The notes under the pieces: generated by a model | Database searches by the model: none | Told to the model about the DNA's origin: nothing | Seen by the model: only the letters and a program-made list of their open reading frames with translations | In this document: one piece after another, positions 56,905 through 64,000 of the stretch | Layout: every line of letters starts with the position of its first letter | Position numbering within the stretch: position 1 is the stretch's first letter | Position numbers and translations under genes: made by a program | DNA from: an uncultured Thermoplasmata archaeon | GTDB lineage: Archaea > Thermoplasmatota > Poseidoniia > MGIII > CG-Epi1 | Assembly: GCA_963996465.1 (NCBI GenBank) | Contig: CAXEHI010000031.1 | Coordinates: 12,957 to 76,956, forward strand | Direction of reading: 5' to 3' | Length of the DNA stretch: 64,000 bases

Positions 56905-57459
56905 TTAGATGATGTCGTAGTAGGCAACATCGAGATCTACTCGGTTGTCGCCCGCTAGATGATTGAGATACCTAACACAAGATAAATCACCTTTTGCGAG
57001 GTAATAGATGAATAAAGAATTCTTTTCGCGTGGTCCTATGATAGGTTCTGAATCGGGCAACTTTACAATATCGAAACCACCCCATTCAATATTCCAAGAA
57101 TCGGTAAAATCGTATTTTATCAATAGTCTTGCTGGGCTTTCTTCTTCCTCGTGTAGAAGTGTATAGCTTCCTGGAGTATATGATTGATGTAACGATTTTG
57201 AATATTTTAAAGATTGAGAAGTTATTTTTTCTAACCAAGATATCAAACGTTTATCTGACCAGATATTTTCTAACACTGCAGGTGCAGAATGGTAGGAATG
57301 ATATCCATGCCGTACGTCTTCTGATGTTTTAGATGGACAATCTGGAATTGAAACTAAAAAGTCCTTTAGTTCTAGATTTTTTATTTCACTTTGTTCGAAT
57401 TGTGATTTGATTTGGATGATTGAATCATCATCTAGATACAGGTGATTTATCTTATCCAT
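56905..57459 (-). CDS. Hypothetical protein, possible divergent 2OG-Fe(II) oxygenase-like paralogue
   Basis: 184 aa. Architecture parallels the downstream oxygenase-like gene (N-terminal ..HLYLDD..I, central HEEEE, C-terminal beta-strand block). Weak assignment. Confidence 0.35.
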   Translation of the reverse strand: MDKINHLYLDDDSIIQIKSQFEQSEIKNLELKDFLVSIPDCPSKTSEDVRHGYHSYHSAPAVLENIWSDKRLISWLEKITSQSLKYSKSLHQSYTPGSYTLLHEEEESPARLLIKYDFTDSWNIEWGGFDIVKLPDSEPIIGPREKNSLFIYYLAKGDLSCVRYLNHLAGDNRVDLDVAYYDII

Positions 57460-58030
57460 GATACCACCCTGTTAGAGAGAATCTCTGAACATCTGAAAGA
57501 ATTTCCGAGACTTGGTGCCACGATTCTGGTGTAACTTTGAAGATTACAATTGAATTGAACTTCGGTACCACTTGTTTGACTATTTCTTTAGCTTCCCCCT
57601 CCGTATTAGAAGAGAAAAAATCAAAAGACCCCCCATCGGAAAGTGTCATATTTGGAGTGAGATGAAGGCTGTATGCCAATAATCTACTATCTAGTTCATC
57701 GTCATGAGGAAGCAAAAAATCTCCGTTCATGTAAACGTATGCTGCCATATCTACATTACCGGAAAGAGAAACGTCGAAAAGAGATTCTAATTTACGAATC
57801 CACACCTTAGAACACAACGAATCGTACAAAGATTTTATGTCTGGATTATCTGAAATGGATAAATTATTGGACGCTGAATAACTGAAAAGATCTGATTCTG
57901 TAGGAATGAATTCTTGTTCAGCTAGAGCCTCCAATGAAAGAGATGCTTGATCTAAATCTAAAAAATTATGAATGACCATATGATGAAAGGGGGAATCTAT
58001 CACTTTCAAATTGAGATTAGGATTTATCAT
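57452..58030 (-). CDS. 2OG-Fe(II) oxygenase-superfamily protein (P4H/PhyH-like)
   Basis: N-terminal PFHHMVIHNFL, HxD (LLPHDDELD), distal His and Arg (SWHQVSE ... RFSLTGWYH), as in prolyl-hydroxylase-like jelly-rolls. Confidence 0.5.
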   Translation of the reverse strand: MINPNLNLKVIDSPFHHMVIHNFLDLDQASLSLEALAEQEFIPTESDLFSYSASNNLSISDNPDIKSLYDSLCSKVWIRKLESLFDVSLSGNVDMAAYVYMNGDFLLPHDDELDSRLLAYSLHLTPNMTLSDGGSFDFFSSNTEGEAKEIVKQVVPKFNSIVIFKVTPESWHQVSEILSDVQRFSLTGWYHG

Positions 58031-58934
58031 TAGACCTCCTCAACCAATCGAGCATACCGTGTACTGAAACTATGTGAGTGGCGGCCCGTTCACTACCAAA
58101 ATTAAATTGGATTGGGTGATCTGAATGTTGAGAACCGACTAAACCTTCTCTTTCATCTAATAGTACTTCTAAAATTTCTTCAGGACTAGAATTGTTTGTA
58201 AAGCCTCTATGAACAATATCCATCCATGCATTGAATTCTTCTTCAACTTGAACTAAGGTTCCCTCACTTTCTCTAGGGCCGAAATGAGTATAGTTTAACC
58301 ATTCTAAATCGAGATTCTTCATTATGGAGATAGAATCCAGAGCTAGATTGTGATCATATCTAGGTGGCGTTACTGGAAACGCCCTTTTGAGATCCTTATA
58401 CCATAGACCTAAGGAATCTCCAACAAAGGCGGTTTTTCCTCTAACCCATGTGATATGATGAGGGGCATGACCTGGGGTGAAAATAGCCTTTAGATTGGTA
58501 GTTCCTAGATTAACAACATCACCATCTGAAACTGAATAGACTCTGTTTGAATCGATAGGTTTTGGTTTTCCATACAAGTCTGCAATTTTTCCTAAAACTT
58601 TCTGACTTCCCGACCATAGTTTCTCAGGATTAATCACATGTGATAGAGCTCTAGGGTGTACTATTGCTTCTGCATTCTTACATACTTCCATTAAGTGACC
58701 TCCACCACCAAAATGATCTAAATGAATATGAGTAGGAATGATATAAGAAACGTCGTCTGGACTTATTTTTAAAGTTGAAAGGGCATCTAAAAGGCGAGCA
58801 TGGCCGCTCGCTGGACCTGTTTCTATAATGCTTATTTTCTCGTCAATTACTATGTAAATTGAAATGAATTCTTTCAACCCATTTGCTTCTAAATCGAACC
58901 AGAAAATGGAATCGTCTTGTTGATGTAATTCCAT
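58017..58934 (-). CDS. MBL-fold metallo-hydrolase
   Basis: HxHxDH motif (IPTHIHLDHFGGGGH) and downstream metal-ligand His (TPGHAPHH), 305 aa. Confidence 0.75.
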   Translation of the reverse strand: MELHQQDDSIFWFDLEANGLKEFISIYIVIDEKISIIETGPASGHARLLDALSTLKISPDDVSYIIPTHIHLDHFGGGGHLMEVCKNAEAIVHPRALSHVINPEKLWSGSQKVLGKIADLYGKPKPIDSNRVYSVSDGDVVNLGTTNLKAIFTPGHAPHHITWVRGKTAFVGDSLGLWYKDLKRAFPVTPPRYDHNLALDSISIMKNLDLEWLNYTHFGPRESEGTLVQVEEEFNAWMDIVHRGFTNNSSPEEILEVLLDEREGLVGSQHSDHPIQFNFGSERAATHIVSVHGMLDWLRRSNDKS

Positions 58935-58988
58935 AATAATAACGTAATGAACATACTTCTTAAACCCACGTGCTAATAGCAGGTCCCG

Positions 58989-60590
58989 TTGGTAATGAAA
59001 TTTGTAATTGTAACTGGCGGTGTTTTATCCGGATTAGGGAAGGGTGTAACTTCCTCATCCTCAGGACTTTTGCTACAGAGAGCGGGTTTTTCAGTGACTG
59101 CAGTTAAGATTGATCCTTATCTAAACATAGATGCGGGAACTATGAATCCATATGAACATGGTGAAGTTTTCGTAATGAGTGATGGGGCAGAAGTTGATTT
59201 GGATTTGGGCAATTATGAAAGATTTCTTGGAGCTGACTTAAAATCGAAACATAACATAACCACAGGTAAAGTATACAAATCTGTTATTGAAAAAGAACGT
59301 AGGGGAGATTATCTTGGACAGACTGTGCAGATTATACCACATATAGTAAATGAAATTGTAGGAGAGATAGAGAGTGCGGCAGAAGAGGCTGGAGCTGAAA
59401 TTTGTATTGTTGAATTAGGTGGTACTGTTGGCGATATAGAATCTATGCCTTTCTTAGAATCTGTAAGACAGCTAACTAGAAAGTGGGGAAGAGATAATGT
59501 AATGACGATTCATACAACGCTCGTTCCTGTTGTTGGTGTTGTTGGAGAACAGAAAACTAAACCGACACAACACTCGATTAAAGAATTACAAAGTTTAGGT
59601 ATAAGACCGGATGTTGTGGTAGCACGTAGTACGGATAAACTTGAAGAAGATATAGCAGGTAAAATTGCATTTTTCGCAGATATACCAAAAGAAGCTGTAA
59701 TTTCTGCACCTGATGCTGATTCGATTTATCATGTTCCTATGATGTTTGTTAAACAGAAATTGCCTGAAATAATTATGAAACGCCTCAAGCTGAAGAAAAA
59801 GAAACCTGAAATGAAAGAATGGATGGATTTCGCTAATCGTGTGAATGAAGGAAGTAATGAAGTTGAAATAGCGATAATTGGAAAATACACACATCTGAAA
59901 GATTCATATATATCTCATGAAGAGACTTTACGATATGCAGGAGCCCTTAGAGATTGTAAAGTTAAGATAAGATGGATTGAAGCTCCGAATATAGAAGAAT
60001 GTGGAAATACTAAAGAGTTGGAAGGAGTTGATGCCGTCTTAGTTCCTGGTGGTTTTGGTAGCCGTGGGTCGGAAGGAAAAATAATGGCAGCTAATTGGGC
60101 TAGAGAGAATGGTGTACCTTATTTGGGCGTCTGTTTTGGATTTCAATTAGCAATTGTTGAATTTGTAAGAAATGTTTTAGGTATGAAGGGGGCAAATTCT
60201 ACTGAACTAAATAAGAAAACAAAATATCCAGTAATTACCCTTCTTCCGGAGCAGGAAAATGTAAAAGAAATGGGTGCGACAATGAGATTGGGCGATCATC
60301 CAGTCAATGTAAAAGATGGTAAAGCCAGAGATCTTTACGGTTCTAAAAAGATAGAAGAGCGGCATAGGCATAGATTTGAAGTGAACCCAGATATGATTGA
60401 AAAAATAGAAGAAGCGGGTATGAAATTTACAGGAAGGAATCCGTCGGGGAGAAGAATGGAAATATGCGAATTAGATGGGCACCCTTATTTTGTTGCATCG
60501 CAATTCCATCCTGAATTTAAATCGAGGCCGGATGCACCATCCCCATTACATTTAGGCCTAGTTGAAGCAGCAATTAGGAATAAAAAATAG
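58989..60590 (+). CDS. pyrG: CTP synthase (PyrG)
   Basis: N-terminal KFVIVTGGVLSGLGKG, synthetase domain, C-terminal glutamine amidotransferase with GVCFGFQ catalytic Cys. Confidence 0.9.
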   Translation: MVMKFVIVTGGVLSGLGKGVTSSSSGLLLQRAGFSVTAVKIDPYLNIDAGTMNPYEHGEVFVMSDGAEVDLDLGNYERFLGADLKSKHNITTGKVYKSVIEKERRGDYLGQTVQIIPHIVNEIVGEIESAAEEAGAEICIVELGGTVGDIESMPFLESVRQLTRKWGRDNVMTIHTTLVPVVGVVGEQKTKPTQHSIKELQSLGIRPDVVVARSTDKLEEDIAGKIAFFADIPKEAVISAPDADSIYHVPMMFVKQKLPEIIMKRLKLKKKKPEMKEWMDFANRVNEGSNEVEIAIIGKYTHLKDSYISHEETLRYAGALRDCKVKIRWIEAPNIEECGNTKELEGVDAVLVPGGFGSRGSEGKIMAANWARENGVPYLGVCFGFQLAIVEFVRNVLGMKGANSTELNKKTKYPVITLLPEQENVKEMGATMRLGDHPVNVKDGKARDLYGSKKIEERHRHRFEVNPDMIEKIEEAGMKFTGRNPSGRRMEICELDGHPYFVASQFHPEFKSRPDAPSPLHLGLVEAAIRNKK

Positions 60591-60640
60591 TTTTTAAAAG
60601 GTGCAACAGATTTATTAAATCAACTGGAAGATGACATAAT

Positions 60641-60880
60641 ATGGTAGACTACCCCGAATACAAGTCAGAAGGAGCTGTTGAACGCTTCATGAAAAGAATA
60701 AATAAGTTTGGAATGGGCAGTATTTTTAGTCTTTCATTACTGATTCTTGGATTTGCGCTTTCAGTGTATGGATTGTGGAAAGACAACGATGGATACGTGG
60801 GCTATGATGACCACATATTCCTAGGAATGATGATGATTCTTATGTCGATAACGACTGCTGCAGTAATGAAACTACGCTAA
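60641..60880 (+). CDS. Small membrane protein (79 aa, two TM helices)
   Basis: ORF with two hydrophobic helices, convergent with the pilin genes. Confidence 0.35.
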   Translation: MVDYPEYKSEGAVERFMKRINKFGMGSIFSLSLLILGFALSVYGLWKDNDGYVGYDDHIFLGMMMILMSITTAAVMKLR

Positions 60881-60886
60881 TTAATC

Positions 60887-61324
60887 TTAAGAAATAGAGA
60901 TTAAATCTGTTTGAGATAACGTGACTTCTTGTTCGCCATCAGTTAGGTAGAGAGAATAAATAATTGAATAACTACTTGTATCGTCTTCTGAAGGAATGAT
61001 ATCCTTAAGTGAGAGAGACAATGCATATCCGTTTTCAATGAAAAAGAATTCGAATTCGTTGGCTGAATTTACAAAAGACGATGTAATCTGCGTAATATTA
61101 GATTCTTGCGTATTGTTAGAAGAGATATTGGATTCATCTATGGCCCAATCTAAATGGTTTGGGAAATGATCTATGACCATACTAATCATTGGTGTTAAAT
61201 CGTGATTTTCTCCTTGTTTTTGTCCTAAAGTAACTGAATGTGATATAGAAATGCTAACTACCATTACTGTAACGCACATCATTATTCCTGCCATTAACAG
61301 TAACTGTCCTTTCTTATCAATCAT
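60887..61324 (-). CDS. Archaeal type IV pilin-like protein with class III signal peptide (KKG|Q)
   Basis: The N-terminus MIDKKGQLLLMAGIMMCVTVMVV has basic residues then a G|Q prepilin-peptidase site followed by a hydrophobic helix. 145 aa, Ser/Thr/Asn-rich body. Confidence 0.6.
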   Translation of the reverse strand: MIDKKGQLLLMAGIMMCVTVMVVSISISHSVTLGQKQGENHDLTPMISMVIDHFPNHLDWAIDESNISSNNTQESNITQITSSFVNSANEFEFFFIENGYALSLSLKDIIPSEDDTSSYSIIYSLYLTDGEQEVTLSQTDLISIS

Positions 61325-61740
61325 TCATACCACAACTCCAAGGTTACTTTCCAAATATCACCTTCGATAGTTAGTGTCCTAAAAGCGATACTAACATCAC
61401 TACTCGGTGAACCGTTATCGACTAAAACTTCTGAAACTGATCCGTGTGTAACAATGAGATTGTAAGATACCGAATCTAACAACCCGGAATTTAGATAATC
61501 TTCCAAACTGGAAGTGTCATTATTAGATATCCAATAAACTAAATGAGAAGATTGAGATGTTGATTCTTCCCAATCATCTAAAACTTCTAAAATTTCGAAA
61601 CCTAAATATTTCAAATTATCAGTATGATAGCTTGATTGATTGTGTGCCGGAAGATTGATGACTGCAACATTTATCACTGAAGTGAATAAAGTGGCCACCA
61701 AAATTACTTCCAAAACGTGCATCTGTGCTTTATCTTGCAT
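61321..61740 (-). CDS. Archaeal type IV pilin-like protein with class III signal peptide (DKA|Q)
   Basis: The N-terminus MQDKAQMHVLEVILVATLFTSV fits a class III signal. 139 aa. Overlaps the downstream pilin gene by 4 nt. Confidence 0.5.
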   Translation of the reverse strand: MQDKAQMHVLEVILVATLFTSVINVAVINLPAHNQSSYHTDNLKYLGFEILEVLDDWEESTSQSSHLVYWISNNDTSSLEDYLNSGLLDSVSYNLIVTHGSVSEVLVDNGSPSSDVSIAFRTLTIEGDIWKVTLELWYE

Positions 61741-61747
61741 AATGACC

Positions 61748-62932
61748 TCAAGTATTAGGCGGTGAAATTATAGAAGTAGTTATGCCCATAATTTCGAATG
61801 TGAACCAACCTATAAGAATTAGAAGAGAAGATCTGATGAATCCTGAATATAATTTTCCAGTTGCCATGAAACCACCAGTCATGCCCATACCAACAGCCTG
61901 TATCAAAACACTATAGTAAAATGTAGTTGAAATCCATATTTGATTTAAAGAACGTATTTTCAAATTACCAATAGTAAGACTTCCAGTAGATGCTGTCGCA
62001 GCTCCAGAAGAAACGATAGCGGGAACAAAGGTAGCAACGAGTACAATAATTATTAAAAGATAGATAACGAATGACATGTAAATAACTGCTAAATAACTTC
62101 CTATTTCTTGACCTCTTTCTGTTTCTAGAGCTTTGATTTCCCGTACATCGTAAGAAGCGGCTAAGAGAATATCTGAAATCTTTCCACCGGCCTTGTTTGC
62201 TTCGTCGACCATACGAACTGCCCTAGTAACTACAGGCGAACTAACTCTTTCGGAAAACATATTCATAACTTCTCCAAAAGAAACCCCCCATGAAAGTTGC
62301 GTAGACATTTTATGAACTTCATCATTTAAGAATCCATATTCACCTTTAGCTAACGTTTCTACAGCGGTGTTCATGCTTAAACCACCTTTCCAGAACTCTG
62401 CTAAATCTCTTAAGAAATCGGGGAATTTTGCCTCAATACGTGTCCTCTGCATATCCCTTCTATAAGCGAAATAGCCGTAAGGAAGCATTATGGAAATAAC
62501 TGCGAAAATAATGTAATCTAAAGCGGAAATTTCGGGATATTCACGAAACCATGCAGCTGGGTCTTTCTCCTCATCGAACGAACTGACTAATGGATCGGCA
62601 TCTGCAGTTTCATTGCTAGTAAAGATAGATATACCGAATAAAATTTTAGGATTGAGAGTTAATGCCCCATCGTTTGTAACCCAAGGATTATCAAATTGTT
62701 TGTCGCCATCACCATCCCTGATTAATGTTTCTTGATCTGAAGCGTGATTAATGGCTGCTACAGCTAGTAGGCCGATAGCAACTAGTAAAGAAAGAATTAC
62801 AACCACATAAGGTGCGTAATCGACTTTACCTTTACCCACTTCTAACCACTTAACAGCAGCAGAATAATTCATCCAGGATCTTTTGACTCCTGTACGTGGA
62901 TCTTTCTGTTTCTTTTTTTCTAGAGATGTCAT
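61748..62932 (-). CDS. Type II/IV secretion system F-domain membrane protein (TadC/FlaJ-like half)
   Basis: 394 aa. T2SSF-type cytoplasmic domain (FPDFLRDLAEFWKGGLSMNTAVETLA ... VVTRAVRMVDEANKAGG) flanked by TM helices. Confidence 0.6.
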   Translation of the reverse strand: MTSLEKKKQKDPRTGVKRSWMNYSAAVKWLEVGKGKVDYAPYVVVILSLLVAIGLLAVAAINHASDQETLIRDGDGDKQFDNPWVTNDGALTLNPKILFGISIFTSNETADADPLVSSFDEEKDPAAWFREYPEISALDYIIFAVISIMLPYGYFAYRRDMQRTRIEAKFPDFLRDLAEFWKGGLSMNTAVETLAKGEYGFLNDEVHKMSTQLSWGVSFGEVMNMFSERVSSPVVTRAVRMVDEANKAGGKISDILLAASYDVREIKALETERGQEIGSYLAVIYMSFVIYLLIIIVLVATFVPAIVSSGAATASTGSLTIGNLKIRSLNQIWISTTFYYSVLIQAVGMGMTGGFMATGKLYSGFIRSSLLILIGWFTFEIMGITTSIISPPNT

Positions 62933-62933
62933 G

Positions 62934-63860
62934 TTACACCCCTATCTCATCACTTATAGCCCAAAAAATAAAGGAGAAAACGCTTTGAATAAGAGGGAGT
63001 CCTCCGAAAACCATAGCGTAAAGATGTTCTTCTTCCAAAGTCATTCCTGAACCGGAAACCCAGAAAGTGATTAGTGCCATAATCATTGCAAATATTGGAA
63101 AGGCCACTGCTACAACGACGTAAACTTCTGCATATAGGGCCATTTGATTAATTAAATCTTTGACTGCCACGCGATTTTCTTGAGCATAATATTCGGACCT
63201 ATTAAGAAAATATAATTTCATATTACCACCAGAAGTGATAGTTCCCACCATACCTTGAATAAATTCTCCAAATTTTTCAGATGGAGATCTCTCAACTGCT
63301 GCTTTTAATGTTGAAACTAAATCCTGTCCGACAAAAGTCATATTGTGATATATCCAACCGGCTTCATTGGATAATTCGCCGTAAATATCTACGTTACGAG
63401 CTAAAGATTTGAAAATTTTATCAGGTGTAGCGTTCGCAGCAGACATTGCAGCTACGTAACTTGCTGCATAAGGTAGATTCTTATCCATATCACGACCTCT
63501 TTGATAACTAGTCATTCCTGGAGAATAATACTGAACAGCAGCAATCATAGATGGAATTATAACTAAGAAAAAGAAACATAATCCGATTTGAATTGGAATT
63601 GATAATAGTTGATCGCCAGTTGGAGATGTTAGATTAGGTGCTGCAAGAAGCATCATTAAAGTTAAGGCTGCACAACCTATGAATGTTAGAAAAACTATCA
63701 TCATAGAAGTAGCTGCATAAGCCATTGGAAGCATTGAAATTCTAGCTTTGACTAAGTCATTGCGGATCCCTATAGCGTCGTTAGTTAAGGGGCGTGCTAG
63801 CCAGCCAAAAAGTAAAAGGCTAAAGGATTCGAATCCGCTTAAAGGTTTCTCTAGAGCCAA
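62934..63860 (-). CDS. Type II/IV secretion system F-domain membrane protein (TadB-like half), TTG start
   Basis: 308 aa, single T2SSF domain (..YAASYVAAMSAANATPDKIFKSLARNVDIYGELSNEA..) with three TM helices. Separated by 1 nt from the downstream TadC-like gene. Confidence 0.55.
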   Translation of the reverse strand: MALEKPLSGFESFSLLLFGWLARPLTNDAIGIRNDLVKARISMLPMAYAATSMMIVFLTFIGCAALTLMMLLAAPNLTSPTGDQLLSIPIQIGLCFFFLVIIPSMIAAVQYYSPGMTSYQRGRDMDKNLPYAASYVAAMSAANATPDKIFKSLARNVDIYGELSNEAGWIYHNMTFVGQDLVSTLKAAVERSPSEKFGEFIQGMVGTITSGGNMKLYFLNRSEYYAQENRVAVKDLINQMALYAEVYVVVAVAFPIFAMIMALITFWVSGSGMTLEEEHLYAMVFGGLPLIQSVFSFIFWAISDEIGV

Positions 63861-64000
63861 CTATGCCACCAGCTTGGCTCAGGACCTCTAGAAATTCCCT
63901 TGGCAAGACTTTTCTTTAAATTTTCCAAGGCAGATACTCGTCTCTTTTCCTCAGAAGAAACAGCCTTTGACTGCTTATCTGGTTTACTGGCTAATTTTTC
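63853..64000 (-). CDS. 3' end of an upstream gene running off the window (probably the pilus-locus ATPase, inferred from synteny only)
   Basis: Open frame on the minus strand to the window edge. Encodes ..EKLASKPDKQSKAVSSEEKRRVSALENLKKSLAKGISRGPEPSWWHSWL-stop. The stop overlaps the TTG start of the TadB-like gene. Confidence 0.35.

Noticed and set aside
61748-63860. The two T2SSF-domain ORFs as a single frameshifted FlaJ/PilC gene
   Set aside because: Each ORF has its own complete T2SSF domain with flanking TM helices and a plausible start. The TadB + TadC two-gene arrangement is well known, so a split is a natural state rather than evidence of a pseudogene. It remains checkable with reads.
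1-64000. CRISPR arrays, IS elements, large tandem repeats
   Set aside because: There are no regularly spaced direct repeats, no transposase-like ORFs and no inverted-repeat-flanked units. The only repeats found are the intragenic duplications reported above.

Overview
The window looks like a low-GC archaeal chromosome, most likely a Thermoplasmatota / Marine-Group-II-like euryarchaeon; this is inferred from gene content and is not verified. It is densely packed with about 74 genes, many overlapping, with frequent TTG/GTG starts and no large intergenic regions. I found no CRISPR array and no complete prophage or mobile element.

The left end is a classic archaeal exosome superoperon: proteasome alpha (3' part), SBDS, Rrp4, Rrp41, Rrp42, L37ae, an RpoP/Rpo12 gene missing from the ORF track, Pcc1 and prefoldin beta. 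The rest is mainly housekeeping and heterotrophic metabolism, with:
- Translation and RNA genes: TFB, Pelota, NAC, ABCE1, FolD, PurM, PyrC, PyrG, TiaS, archease, endonuclease III and dCMP deaminase.
- Metabolism: two crotonases, an acyl-CoA dehydrogenase, PntAA/PntAB/PntB transhydrogenase, aconitase, two GGR-family reductases flanking a ferredoxin, and a riboflavin cluster (RibH, riboflavin synthase, RibL, RibB).
- Nucleotide-sugar enzymes: UDP-xylose synthase and GalU.
- Proteases and surface proteins: PrsW-like, M14, M50, a 2039-aa subtilisin-like surface protein and a 719-aa surface protein.
- Three tRNAs: an intron-containing tRNA-Tyr(GUA) candidate, tRNA-Arg(UCG), and an initiator tRNA-Met with A1:U72.

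The items most worth a second look:
1. A bacterial/phage-type RusA Holliday-junction resolvase embedded in a folD operon.
2. An apparent frameshift or missing start at the N-terminus of the essential ABCE1 gene directly next to it.
3. A MORN-repeat/2x[4Fe-4S] ferredoxin fusion sandwiched between two geranylgeranyl-reductase paralogues.
4. A four-gene cupin / 2OG-oxygenase-like x2 / MBL-hydrolase cluster of unknown function.
5. Tandem near-identical membrane-protein paralogues.
6. An internally duplicated giant subtilase.
7. A Tad-like archaeal type IV pilus locus (two KG|Q-type prepilins plus split TadB/TadC-like proteins) running off the right edge.
8. A 41-aa eight-cysteine zinc-ribbon ORF absent from the ORF track.
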